Both the position numbers and the translations under genes were made by a program. A stretch of 64,000 nt of DNA, counting the filler, from Sphacelaria rigidula (Eukaryota), in NCBI GenBank assembly GCA_964200075.2. It is 5 parts of 5 records of this genome, joined end to end, with 100 filler letters (N's around TTAATTAATTAA, not from the genome) between each part and the next. Parts side by side here need not be neighbours in the genome. Positions count along the whole stretch, not along the records: positions 38,467 to 51,188 come from CAXNAA020003475.1; positions 51,289 to 64,000 come from CAXNAA020003481.1; 3 more parts are not named here. One strand, 5' to 3'. The notes below the pieces were generated by a model. That model saw only the letters and a program-made list of their open reading frames with translations, had not been told where the DNA came from and searched no databases. Of the stretch, positions 51,000 to 63,361 are shown piece after piece. Position 1 is the first letter of the stretch, and each line of letters begins with the position of its first letter.

Positions 51000-51188
51000 A
51001 TCTTAGCAGGATGCAGGTCACCCTTCATTCGACTCGCCAAACACATCACGGCTCTTCGCGCTTGGTGATTGCGAGCCTGGTCCGGCGAAAACCCGGCGTG
51101 CTCCGTCCTGGCTTTGTAGAGATGTGAGGTCAATGGTCTCATGACTACGGCATACGAGATCATGAATACCTATCCCAATCTACCAACC
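51000..51188. mobile_element. MITE-like repeat (GGGGGGTACT family)
   Basis: CTTAGCAGGATGCAG...GCCTGGTCCGGCGAAAACCCGGCGTGCTCCGTCC matches 36935-37110. Confidence 0.7.
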
Positions 51189-51288
51189 NNNNNNNNNNNN
51201 NNNNNNNNNNNNNNNNNNNNNNNNNNNNNNNNTTAATTAATTAANNNNNNNNNNNNNNNNNNNNNNNNNNNNNNNNNNNNNNNNNNNN
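51189..51288. other. Artificial 100-nt assembly spacer
   Basis: N44-TTAATTAATTAA-N44. Confidence 0.98.
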
Positions 51289-53330
51289 ACGAAAATGGGA
51301 AATCGTCGAGTGGAAACCCCACTCAATTCACAAGTCCTTGGGGGGATTTTACGGCGTGCATAATCAGGGGATGAACGAGATCTCCGGTCTGTTCGTGCTT
51401 TTGGTCGGTGACACTTTTTTGGCTCATTTTTGGGGTTCAGGCGCGCCCATAACAGTACCCAGCGCAGAGATTACAGGATACTGTCTGTGCTGTCTCATGC
51501 AGTGAATTGTAGCTGTCAGTTGGCACACAACAGTAGTACGCACGGCTGTAGTAAAAATGATGCGTTCAACGTGGGATATCTGGACAACGTGCAATACAGA
51601 CAACACAAGGCAGTACCGTACTGTCTGCACTGCCGTATTGAACAGTAGGATCCACATGCCATGCTGCACCCAACGGCTGCCGAAAATGATTTGTTTGGAC
51701 GACGTGCAGTGCAGACAGTACATGGCATGTACTGTTGTCGCATTCAACAGTACAGTAAGATCAAAATCTTGGTTTGCCAGTATAATAGTAAAACGGCTGC
51801 AATAAATATAATGTGGGCAACGTGCAGTACAGACTTAACTAAGCAGTGCAATGCGGCCTGTTCGACCTGCCGCATGCGGCAGTATACATGCGCACATGTC
51901 AGGTTGCAGACGGAAATATACAACGGCTGCACCTACCTGGCTGCACCAAAACTGATCTGGGGGAGTGCAGTACAGGCACAACTAGACAGTACATTACTAC
52001 TGTCTGTACTGCCACATACGGAATACGACAGTGTAGATGGAAGGTGTCAGTTTGCACACAGAGCGAGCTGGGCCAGCAGGGATCGGGGGAGGTCTATGTT
52101 TCACGTATTCTTCCACAAGCACAGGGAGCTTGGCATGGCGAAATCTTCAGGTGTTTGTACCTCGCTTTGCCGTGCACACTCATTTGAATCCCGCTGACGG
52201 TACTTTAGGTACCCCACCCCCCTAAAAATATATATCTAGAACCGTAAGCTAGGGTCAACATCTCTCGCAGTTTTTTCCCAGCGGTATTTTTTCCTCATAA
52301 TTTGTTGCAAAAAATTATGGGATAAAACGAAACGGAAGAAACAGCCTCATGCCCGTGAATGGGGCCCGATTTTGGGCACCATATACCGGGAAAAATGGAC
52401 CGACCAACTCCACAGTCAGTTGAAAGCAGAAGAAATGAAACCTGAATGAGCCAATCAGTATCAATCACAAGTACACTCGTCACTCGAAATGACGACGGCG
52501 CTCATACAAAATGTACTATTGCCGTAGTGCATTCTACAATACTCCTGTGACTGACGTTGCTGTACACCGGTACACAGGATTACAACGACAGGAGGATAGA
52601 AGCTGCTGCTCTTGTTGTTATTGTGTCCTTCTTGTTGCAGTCTGTTGTTGTGCTAATCTTTCAACGCTACTTTCTCGGCAACGACGCAGAGGACTGGACT
52701 GCGGTTTGATGCGTGCGCTTCCCACACACCAAAATTAGTGAATTTGAAAAGGTTTCCATACGTGTGCCGCGGAGGACGCAGCACTTTGCAAACCGCTTCA
52801 CCGAACACAGAATGCACTATAAAACGCGTTTCCTGCAACGTTCGGGGGCTTTTCGAATCCGCTGTGGCAATTTGGTAACTCCGCTTGTCAAACTCACTAC
52901 ATATAGTGTGTGTGTGGAGCTGTGGAGTTCCAGAGGCCGGTTTGTTCGTGTCCCGAGATAGTAGCGATGAAACATTTGCAGCTGTTGCATACTAAACCTA
53001 GGTAAACTGGGATGAAGCGTGTGTTATGTTCGGCAGAGGTTCGGCACAGGCTCGGTCAGTCTATGACGTCTTCAATACGTCTTAAGTATCTGTCCGCATT
53101 CGTTTTCGTTTGTGTGGGCAACGGATTTCTGGTCGGTAAGGGCTTCATTCACGGGTAAAACTGTTATGGGTGCGCCTGACCCCCCAAAATGGACAAGAAA
53201 GGTGTCACCGACCAAAAACACGAAGATACCGCAGATCTTGTTCATCCGCTGATGATGCACGCCGTAATATCACCAAAGTGGTCGTGATTCGTGTGGGGTT
53301 TTCACATCACAGGTTTCCATTTTTCTCGTC
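51289..53330. repeat. Inverted pair of ~170-bp transposon-end-like sequences
   Basis: 51289-51455 (...GGTCGGTGACAC...CATTTTTGGGGTTCAGGCGCGCCCATAACAGT) is inverted at 53160-53330 (ACTGTTATGGGTGCGCCTGACCCCCCAAAATG...GTGTCACCGACC...). Confidence 0.7.
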
Positions 53331-56300
53331 CCAGACTACGAACCACGGCATGGCTTGGCTACTAACCGGCGTGTATTCGTGTGAGCTACAATCTCTCACA
53401 GTCGTTTCACGAAAGAACTTATGGTGATCGACAAAACTGCAAAGAAGAGACTATGGTTTTCCAAGTTAATTCGTTATCATGCTCGGATCCTGGTGAGATC
53501 AAGTGTTTTTTATCATCCAAATTGAAGATGTGGTTTTGGCGCAGATGGTGCAAAAAATCGTATCCCAATCGATGGCCTTGGCGATGAGTATCTGGGAAAA
53601 CGGTTTGGGCGATGAGAGCAAGCAAGCGTCCCCAAGCCTCGCCGGTTTCCACGGTACGCGAAAGCCTCACCCTTGCTCGAAGGCCTCAGAATAGATTTCA
53701 CCCATGAATGACTCTCAACGGCGCAGATGGTAAATGCATCATATGTGTGGAATGTTCGACACGTGTAGAATTTGGACCTTCTGTGACAATGACCTCTACA
53801 TGACCCGGCCCGCTCACTAGTAACTCAGCGCCGGTCAACAGGGAGCGTCATCTCGGGCCTGTCACCCTGGGACCGTCATCCTCCGATCTCCTGTCTGGGC
53901 TTGTGTTACTCCTCGTCTGGGAGGCACCCAGTCTGGCTGCCCCCCACCCGAGCACTCTATGTTCCAACCCTGAGCTTTTCCTTGCAAAGCCCGTCCTGTC
54001 CAAGTCCACGTCGCGTCTCAACACCCTCCGTATCCTTTCTCCGAGTGAGAAGCTACGACCTACACGCACCCACATTCCGGGTTAGATCAGTCACACCCGC
54101 TGTCCGCAGGCTTGTCTTGTACTTCGACCGAACTCCCATACGCTGTGTCTGCTAGACATATACCCTCATTCATGCATCGCTTGTGTCGATGGCTAGAGTA
54201 GCGGTCGTTCTCTTGCACCCAGTGCAATTACCACGCCACCATCGGTAGCGTAGATTAGCATCTCTTCTCACCTGGCGGGACGTATGGGCAAAGTGAAAGC
54301 GAAGGAGAATAGAAAGCCAGATAGCAAGCTGGCTAGACAGGAAATCTGCGAAAGAAGAGACGAGCAGTATCTTCAACGCGATGGTAACACACTCCGGCAG
54401 CCGTCAATAATAAATCGCACGAAAGCAATCGAGAATCTTCGCGACCTTGCAGCAGCAAAGCGAACAAACTATAACACTAACCCTAACCCGAACATGAATC
54501 CCTGGGCAAGGGAGTGCGGCGTGTTCCCCAGGCGAAGTTTGCGTTGCCAGACCTCAAATCGGCGCCCCAGGCGCCGATTTCGACAAGAACGCATTCTGCG
54601 CACGCTAGGAGCACGCTAGGAGCACAGACCTCATTAAAGATCCAGTTTTCGGTGTTTACACTAAAGTCAAGTTGGACTCAGTTACCCTCCCGAATAGTGA
54701 CCTATACTGCGTCATCAAGACGGCACAAAATACGGCATCAAGTCGTCGGCCCACTTTTGCTGAAGCCACATGGCACCGAAGCCCCATTCATGTCTTTCAG
54801 TGGACCCACCCGTCCTAAGACACGCGTCTGTTGTGATCGGCACTGGTGAGTAACGCGCGTGACGATGGTTTGTTTTCATTCCCTCTTGGAACACAAATAT
54901 CTTTGGAGTCCGATGAGGTATCATGTTCATGAAGTGAAGAGCCACAGCCACGGAATAACAAATACACTTGCACGAGACGAGTCATTCATTCGCCAAAAAT
55001 TGCAGAACGATAGCATCCGATATATCAAGTTCCTCAAAAGATGACGAGGTGGTCGACCAACATCCGCCCAGCCCACATCACCCACCCGGCGACTGTTTGT
55101 ACTCCACTCGTCCGTGCACGGGACATCCTCGTTAAAGTTCATCAGTACATATGGCTCTGTCGCATGTTGAGCGCATGATGTTGGCCCAATTTCGATCCGC
55201 ATCTCTTCAAACAATTGTTCGATTACCTTCATGTCTAAACTCTACCACTACTAGTATAGTCCCGGAGAACCCTGACCAGTTTTGAGGCAGAAGTCGAGCG
55301 TGTGTGTATGCAGAGTCAAAATGTACAGAGCCTCTGTCTTCGCTGCGCAATTTTCAGTTTTCGTGAGGTATATGTTTTTATGATCGGCAAGTGAGTGATG
55401 CTACGGTAGGGGTACAGAAATAATTTCTGAGATTAAATTTGTTAGGAGCCCCTTATTTAATCGAACANNNNNNNNNNAATATGCGAGAGTACGCCAAGAT
55501 TACAATTTCTATGTGCTGGGGATATCCCGCATAAATCTGCAAATGGGGATGCCCTGACCCGTATTCTTGTGCGTCTAAAATCGTTAGCAGCCCCGGAACC
55601 AGACAAGATTTCGCGAAAAAGGTGCACCCCTACCGTAGCATTGCTCAAGTGGCCCACCCTTGCAACCGCCACTGCTGCGATACATGAGAACAACATACAT
55701 CCTCTCCTCCTCATTTTCATTCTCGCAGAAATTCTGGTATTATAGGGGCAGGGCTGGTAGACCTTGGGCGTGTTTCGATCCTACACGCATGCCACATCGT
55801 CTTCATTGCACCCCTCCTTCACTGTACCAAGTCTGTACTCCTGCTCTATACTGTACCGTCCATACATGAGACCTTTTTCTTCTGTTGCTGAACCAACCGG
55901 TATGAAACAGTCAGCGTGCCATCGCTTTCGGCTAAAAATGGTGTACTGCGAGGGCAAGGGTGGCACTCTCATCGTCTCAACTACATTATTTTTGTTATTT
56001 TCCGCACATTCATCCCTCGAACCCGTGGTCACAGGCGTAGGCTCGTCTTTTCCATACCGCCCGTACCGTTCCTCGCAAGTCTAAGACTCCAGACTAAAAA
56101 CAAAAACAAAACAATGCATCAGCGAATAATATGAAAAGAGACGCCTAGAGAACAGACACGATATAGCTTCCGCCGAGTCTATCGGGGTCAAAAGAAAACC
56201 GAAAAAAACTTCAGATCTCCCCATAGAGCACGCCGAAAGGAAAGGAAAGAAAAGACAGATAACAAGAGGGGATTGACATGTGCACCAGACAAGGGTCAAC

Positions 56301-56602
56301 TCAGTAACCCCTGACACCCTCATCGACAACTACCGAAGCTATTCGGAGAATGGCAGATCCACTTACGAGTGTACCACGCGACGGGCTACTGGTTGCTTCT
56401 CGGGTGTCCCTGATAGGCACTGGGGGAACTCTAGGATTAGCACAGCACACAATTCCCTGGTATGCCGTGCTTTGGTCCAGGTTGCCATGTACATAATGAC
56501 CCCCTCCTCCACGACTCGGAACCATTCAGACACATATTGAGCAGCCTGCGTCCACGATGTCGCGTAAATTCCGAGGTTGGAACAGTATTCCGTGACACAG
56601 TA

Positions 56603-56950
56603 CTGGTCGCCCCGGTGGCTCAGTTGGTAACCTCAAAACCTTCTGACGGTTGGGTCGTGGGTTCGAATCTCGGAGTGATCTGGGATTTTTCTCACACAAT
56701 GCCCAACAGTGGAGAGCGACTATGTCGTGGGTACACAATTTTCGACTCCACGGTCGACGAGGAAAGGGGACTGCTGAACCCCTCTCGCAATAAAAATAAA
56801 GGTAATCATCGCAAAACGAAGGTGGAGTACCAAAAACAAAAGAGCTCCTGTGGTACCCTTCCTCCTGTGTGACCCCGGCTGGTGCGCCCACATCTGCCGA
56901 AAGGTGAACCCGACGTTCAGAAAAATGGGATGACAACACACACACACACG
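56603..56950 (+). mobile_element. tRNA-derived SINE, full-length copy
   Basis: GGTCGCCCCGGTGGCTCAGTTGGTAACCTC...GGGTTCGAATCTCGGAG, same body and (CA)n tail as 27822-28200. Confidence 0.85.
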
Positions 56951-58169
56951 CGCGCGCGCAACAGTGTTGTAGGCGTCGTGCTGGTCGGCCTGCCTTCGTC
57001 TTCCCCTCCGACCATCTCTCCACGCATGACGATGTTGGAGAGGCATTCATGGTGCATGGCTCAACGCGACCGGCCTATGGAAGGATTCGCCTCAACTCCT
57101 CCTTTGTCCTCTCTGAACCACAGCTGCTGCTTCTACTCTACTGCACACTTGAAACTTTATTCATCAGTGGTTGGATAGAACGGTAAGAAACAGTCAATTT
57201 CCCATCGCTCTCCAGTGAAAACAATCTGCTGCACGCTCCTGCTGTCTCCCAAACAACAAAGCGGCATGTAATGATTTCATAACATGTCACCCGTAAGGGT
57301 GGTGCAAGACGTCATGGCCTCCAACGGAATTGCAATACAGCCAGGTGTAGTACTGCTTGTGCGCTGTAGGCCACGAATCTTTCACACGATCTTCTTTCAG
57401 CTGAGGCTGGCAAAAGTGGGGAACTGCACCCAAGGCAACGACGTGTAAAGTTCCACTCAACACAACCAAGCAAATACTGGGACCATGGCGGCGTCAGAGA
57501 GGTCCTCCGATTGCAGTGCCAAGCGTTGCTACTTTAAAGCGAATGGTCCATTGTTATAGGCATGGCAGTAATGGTGGATGTCCCACTTTGCTTGTTTGGG
57601 TATATTGCATGTGGACTGGTTGTGGCCGTGGTGGTGAAGTTGGGGGTGGTTTTTTATCGCTTCACTATGAAGTTCGAAGAGGCTCATCGGTTTCCAGGGT
57701 GACGAGGTCATATCAAGATTCTCACTCTGAAACAATCGCTCTAAAAACGTTTTATAGTGAAACGAGCACTGTTACTGGCTGTCTTCCCTTCCACTCTGAC
57801 TCCAAGATGCGAGAATACATTTCCGAAACTATCATTGCCGTATGTTGAGCTTATCGTGTGAGCATAGATAGCATACGTGCGATCTGAGAACGACAGTTGT
57901 GAGGAGCTTCAGAGCAAAGCACTGCTCCCATTGTACACTCACCCCGCCGGGGTGCGGAGACGGTAGCACCTCTCGGCTTCTCACAAAAAAAGATGCCGGT
58001 TCCTCTTTGCCTCTTAGAACCGCGGTTGAGTTGTAAGAACACCGCAGTTCACGAATCCGTGTATGACCAGGAAGCTATGATAGCAGCCTATCCAATTTTC
58101 TTTCTAACAGCTTTTCGTTGAACTTGCTGATCAATTATTTCAGGCTGTTGCTGTACTGGTCAGCTGATA

Positions 58170-59174
58170 CATGCGCCCAGGGGTGTGGCAGTGTGGATTG
58201 TAGCAGCAGCAGGGCTCCCACGCCCTGTGTTGTGCTTTCAGTACCGCCGTGAAGGGAATGCTCACGCTGTGCCCGCAAGGATTTTCCGTCGAGGGTACAG
58301 CCTGGCGGTGAGCTAGAAGGTGGAGTTTTATGCGCCACGCACGCTAGGGCTGGCATGGTTGATGTGAAAAACAAAATGTGCGGCGAGGATGGCTGCTCCA
58401 CAATGCCGTCATTCGGTGTAGCGGGTAGCGGGAAGGCGGAGTTCTGCGCCACACACGTTCGGGCTGGCATGGTTGATCTAACAGGCAAGAGATGCGGCGA
58501 GGAGGGCTGCTTTAAGGAGCCGTCGTTTGGTTGGGCGGGTAGCGGGAAGGCCGAGCTCTGCGCCACGCACGCTCGGGCTGGTATGTTCATCGTGTCAGGC
58601 AAGAGATGCGGCGAGGAAGCGCTTCACATCGCCGTCATTTGGTGTAGCGGGTAGCGGGAAGACCCGACCGTTATGCGTCCCATACGGTCGGGCTGGCATG
58701 GTCGATGCGAAAAGCAGAAGATGCGGCGACGTTTGCCGCTCCACATGGTCATCATTTGGTGTAGCAGGTAGCGTGAAGGCGGAATTCTGTGCCACACACG
58801 CGCAGGCTAGTACGGTCCATGTGAAACGCGGCTCGGGCATCGTGATAGGCAAGAGGTGCGGCGAAGAGGGCTGCTCCGAAAGGTCGTCGTTCGGTGTCGC
58901 GGGTAGCAAGTCGGCAAAGTTCTGCGCCGCACACACTCAAGCTGACATGATCCGTGTAATAGGCAAAATGTGCGGTAAGGAGAGCTGCTCCACAGGACCG
59001 TCATTCGGTGTAGCGGGTAGCACGAAGGCAAAGTTCTGCGCCGCACACGCTCGGGCTGACATGATCCGTGCAATAAGCAAAATGTGAGGCGAGGAGGGCT
59101 GCTCCACGTGGCCGTCATTCGGTGTAGCGGGTAGCACGAAGGCAAAGTTCTGCGCCGCACACGCTCGGGCTGGC
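58170..59174 (+). pseudogene. Decayed 5' EsV-1-7 repeats (7 units plus remnants)
   Basis: Units begin at 58355, 58469, 58583, 58698, 58812, 58947, 59061. There is a frameshift near 58620, a 21-nt insertion in unit 5, and TGA replacing the first Cys at 59085-59087. Confidence 0.8.
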
Positions 59175-60548
59175 ATGGTGGATGTGAAGAACAAAATGTG
59201 CGGCGAGGAGGGCTGCTCCACAAAGCCGTCATGTGGTGTAGCGGAAAGCGGGGAGGCGGAGTTCTGCGCCTTGCACGCTCGGGCTGGCATGGTCGATGTG
59301 AGAAGCAAGAGGTGCGGCGAGGAAGGTTGCTTCACCAGGCCATCATGCGGTGTAACGGGTAGTGGCAAGGTGGAGTTTTGCGCCACGCACGCTCGGGCTG
59401 ATATGGTGAATGTGAAAAACAAGGGGTGTGGCCAGGAGGACTGCTGCACATCGCCGATATTCGGTGTAGCGGGTAGCGGGAAGGGGGAGTTTTGCGCCAC
59501 GCACGCTCGGGCTGACATGGTGAATGTGAAGAACAAGAGGTGCGGCGAGGATGACTGCTCTAAAGTGCCGTCATTCGGTGTAGCGGGTAGCAAGGAGGCG
59601 AAATTCTGCGCCACGCACGCTCGGGCTGGCATGAGTAATTTGAAGAGCAAGATGTGCGGCGAGGAGGGCTGCTCCACATGGCCGTCATTCGGTGTAGCGG
59701 GAAGCTGGAAGAGGGAGTTCTGCGGCACACACGCTCGGGCTGGCATGGAAAATGTGAAAAACAAGAGGTGCGGTGAGGAGGGCTGCTCCATATCGCCGTC
59801 ATTCGGTGTAGCGGGTAGCGGGAAGATGAAGTTCTGCGCCACGCACGCTCCGGCTGGCATGGTAAATTTGAAGAGCGAGAGGTGCGCGGAGGATGGCTGC
59901 TTTAAATCACCATCATTCAGCGCAATGGGAAGCAGGAGGGTGGAGCTCTGCGCCATACACGCTCGGGCTGGCATGGTCCGTGTAAGGACAACCACGCGCG
60001 GCAAGCAAGGTAGTAAAAAGCCCAGCCATCCATTCGGTGCCGGTCGTAGCGTAAGCGACGGTGGTAGCAGCGCTCAGATCCGTTCTAGTTCGTGCGCCAG
60101 CCGTGCTAGGCGAGGCGGTGTAGACTCCACGACCTCGCCGCCGGCTGCCCCGGGACACTTCGCCGGCGCTGCGGCAGCAGATGGGGTTTCGTCGGAGAGG
60201 GTAGCGAGGTGCATGAAACTGAAAATGGAGATGACTCTCCCGGCCGCGCTTCTTCGTGAAGGGATAACGAGCAACGGACTGGCTGCTGCACGATCCAGCA
60301 TTTATGGTAGCATGGCCAAACGCAATTTAAGCGACATCAAAGACGCGGGCTGCGGTAGCAGCATACCTAGTGGAGTGAGAAGCGCCAGGCGGCTTCGTGA
60401 GGTTGCGCCGGTGGAAGTGTCGTTAGGTGTGGCAACGGCGGTAGATACGATGTCTGTAGAGGAGGGCGACGACGTAAAATTGGAGTTGGGGGTGTCTGCG
60501 CCTTCTGGTCACGTGTCCGCGGTGGAGTTCAGCGGACGAAAGAAGTAG
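59175..60548 (+). CDS. EsV-1-7 cysteine-rich repeat protein (7 intact 38-aa repeats plus low-complexity tail)
   Basis: 114-bp units MVxVKNKRCGEEGCSTxPSFGVAGSGKxEFCATHARAG (C-x4-C...C-x2-H), the EsV-1-7 motif known from Ectocarpus virus EsV-1 and the brown-algal IMMEDIATE UPRIGHT family. 457-aa open frame; may belong to a pseudogene together with the upstream units. Confidence 0.8.
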   Translation: MVDVKNKMCGEEGCSTKPSCGVAESGEAEFCALHARAGMVDVRSKRCGEEGCFTRPSCGVTGSGKVEFCATHARADMVNVKNKGCGQEDCCTSPIFGVAGSGKGEFCATHARADMVNVKNKRCGEDDCSKVPSFGVAGSKEAKFCATHARAGMSNLKSKMCGEEGCSTWPSFGVAGSWKREFCGTHARAGMENVKNKRCGEEGCSISPSFGVAGSGKMKFCATHAPAGMVNLKSERCAEDGCFKSPSFSAMGSRRVELCAIHARAGMVRVRTTTRGKQGSKKPSHPFGAGRSVSDGGSSAQIRSSSCASRARRGGVDSTTSPPAAPGHFAGAAAADGVSSERVARCMKLKMEMTLPAALLREGITSNGLAAARSSIYGSMAKRNLSDIKDAGCGSSIPSGVRSARRLREVAPVEVSLGVATAVDTMSVEEGDDVKLELGVSAPSGHVSAVEFSGRKK

Positions 60549-61599
60549 CTTGATGAGTCCATCTGTGCGCATTTTGCCAGCTGACGTCAGCTTGGTGCTG
60601 TTGAACGACCTTTCATCGTGTTTGCGCCGGTTTATACCACTTCGATGCATATACGTTTGTGTTAGACCGGGCTGTGTGGTGCTGCTCTGTCGAGTGACGG
60701 ATGGGGGAAACGAGGACGCCGACTAATCGCTCACGCATCGTTGTGTAATGGGAGGTTTTGTTCTCTGCAGTATCCTCGTACTTCCCACCTTGTTTCTCGT
60801 CCTCCAAAGCTCATCAGGCTTGTTTGTTCCAGCACCCGCATCGTTTTTGCCCGTCCCTCTGCAGGAATATTGCCGTCGTGGTTATTTGCGCTGCTCGCAT
60901 GACTATCCCGTTCTTCGCAATACACACTGCTGGGCTCTCGATGTGTCTGGTGGCACAAGTACGCGTTGGCAAGATGAACGGCCAGCGTAGAGGTATTGAA
61001 TGTGTCAAGCACTTGACAACGTCGACATGGACAAGTCAGATACCGCGTGGTCCCTGGCTCTCGCGTACAAGACGTCATGATGTCACGCGAAATAGCTTCG
61101 TCAGTATGTAGGTCAGAACCTCATATTCCCGATCACGTGTTGGCGGGTACTCCGCGCACCCCCCCACACGTACCACCTGATGGAAGCCAAACCTTCCGGG
61201 CGCCCTAGAGTTGAATGAACAGCCGAACACGACAAAAGGGTCGCTGTTAACTCCCCTCGAAGGCAACCTGTTTGAAACCACAGAACCACAAGTTTTTCCA
61301 ATTTTCAAATCGGTTGCTGTCTCAGGCTATTCCAGATTCGGCATTAGATTTCTGTGACAAAAAACACTCCCGTTTTTTTCGGAATACTTGAAAAAAATAC
61401 CAGGAGAACTTTTAAAAAAACGAGCCGAACGTTTCGAAAAACTGCTCAAACCATGACCCCATCATCTGGAGTACAGGGCATTACACTCAAGACAAGACAG
61501 TTTTGCAGTGGTGTATGGAATACAGAGTACTACCCTTAACGCAAGACAACACGGCAGTTTCTGATGTGTTTTTTACTTTCCGAACCTGAACACGGACCT

Positions 61600-61690
61600 T
61601 CTGTGTGTGTGACCCCGGCTGGTGCACCCACATATATCAAAAGGTCTAGCCCGGCGTCCAGAATAGATGAGGCGACAACACACACACGCA
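61600..61690 (+). mobile_element. 3' fragment of the tRNA-SINE (or of its partner LINE)
   Basis: GTGTGACCCCGGCTGGTGCACCCACAT...CGTCCAGAATAG...ACAACACACACAC matches 28105-28200. Confidence 0.75.
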
Positions 61691-62003
61691 CAGTGTACAT
61701 GCAAATGCTGCACAGCAGACAGCAGACACCTTGTAGTCTGCCGATTTGTTGGGGGGTGTTGTTCTATTGCAGCGGAAGCTTCGAGGCGAGGATACCACCA
61801 TCAAGCCCAAGAACGAAGGAAAGAGGCGGATACCTGCAACAGCAGCGGCCCTAAGCAGAGATGACTGACGAGTACCGGAAACGGAGCGCATACTACTGAC
61901 GGCCCGGAGCGGAAGGAGAAGGAGGAAGAAGTGGTTGATCAAGGGGGGGGGTGGGGTTGTGGGCAGAGACGATCGGCTGCGTACTATTCGTCAGGGTGAG
62001 CAA

Positions 62004-63361
62004 TACACTGTGTCTGTGTACTGTGCAGTCTATCCAAGTGGCAGCACGAGTAGCGGGAGTGGTCCTGCATCGCATCACTTGTCAACTGTTCAGAGCACTA
62101 TAGGCTAGTACTTCTGTACTGTTGTCGTCTGTTGCCCGCTGTACATAGTATGCAGTATGCACAGTAGACAGCAGACGACGGTACTTGTAGTATGATGATG
62201 GTGTGATTTCACGAGTTTCCCTGCTTGCGGGTATACGGCCGTGTAGAATACTCAGAGCATCCAAATGTCGTTATCTGCCCGGATGCACTGTGTTCCTGCG
62301 CATGGGCTGCGGCGGGTGTGAACGGTTGTCAGTACGCAATGCACACTCTCATGACAGGATTACACTTGAACACCCAGCTAATATCATGTTGTCCATGCCG
62401 CAGCAACTATCAACTATCAACACATTTTTGTTCTTCAAGAGGTAGCCAAGAAGAAGTGCCCCAAGAAAAACCGATTTCACGATTCCCGGTTGTTTGAAGT
62501 AAGAAACTTATCGCCGCCTACGTTTACAGCATCCTGCCCTACAGTACAACAAAACAAATATGATCGGTGTTACAGCCATGCTGTACGGTACTACTGTTGT
62601 GGAGTACGCCTGTTGTTTTTTGTGCTCATCAGCGTTTGAAACTGGATTTGTCGTGGGATTGGTTCTGGAGGCGTTCGCGACCTGTACGCTCTCATTTGCG
62701 TACCCCACCTGCAAATAGGTCGCGCCACGATGGCCATATCATACTGTTGTTGCACTTCTGTTGTACAAGAGACCACGCTCTCTGTACACTGTGTCTGTGT
62801 ACTGTGCAGCCTATTCAAGTGGCAGCACGAGTAGCGGGAGTGGTCCTGTATCGCATCACTTGTCAACTGTTCAGAGCACTATAGGCCCTGTACAGTAGTA
62901 CTACTGTACTGCTGTCGTCTGTTGCCCACTGCACCTAATGTACAGTCCGTACAGCAGACAGCAGACGACGGTACTTGTAGTACGATGATGGTGTGATTTC
63001 ACAAGTTTCCCTGCTTGCGGGTATACGGCCGTGTAGAATACTCAGAGCATCCAAATGTCGTTATCTGCCCGGATGCACTGTGTTCCTGCGCATGGGCTGC
63101 GGCGGGTGTGAACGGTTGTCAGTATGCAATGCACACTCTCATGACAGGATTACACTTGAACACCCAGCTAATATCATGTTGTCCATGCCGCAGCAACTAT
63201 CAACTATCAACACATTTTTGTTCTTCAAGAGATAGCCAAGAACAAGTATCCAAGAAAAACCGATTTCACGATTCCCGGTTGTTTGAAGCAAAAAACGTAT
63301 CGCCGCCTACGTTTACAGCATCCTGCCCTACAGTACAACAAAACAAATATGATCGGTGTTA
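62004..63361. repeat. Recent direct duplication (~570 bp; 62004-62572 and 62785-63361)
   Basis: Near-identical sequence; ORFs 62203..62445 and 62993..63235 translate almost identically. Confidence 0.9.

Noticed and set aside
54715..55232. Protein-like minus-strand fragments (RPPRHLL..., PWLWLF) reminiscent of a transposase N-terminus
   Set aside because: Too weak to assign; no catalytic motifs seen.
58937..60004. 355-aa minus-strand repeat ORF (and 58135..58602, 58595..58936)
   Set aside because: Antisense shadow of the EsV-1-7 repeats; the plus strand carries the conserved C/H pattern.
4603..60548. A functional gene cluster linking CFAP91, ankyrin, CRNKL1, carrier and EsV-1-7 genes, or an endogenous virus
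   Set aside because: Each lies in a different artificially joined segment, and no viral core genes are seen near the EsV-1-7 gene.
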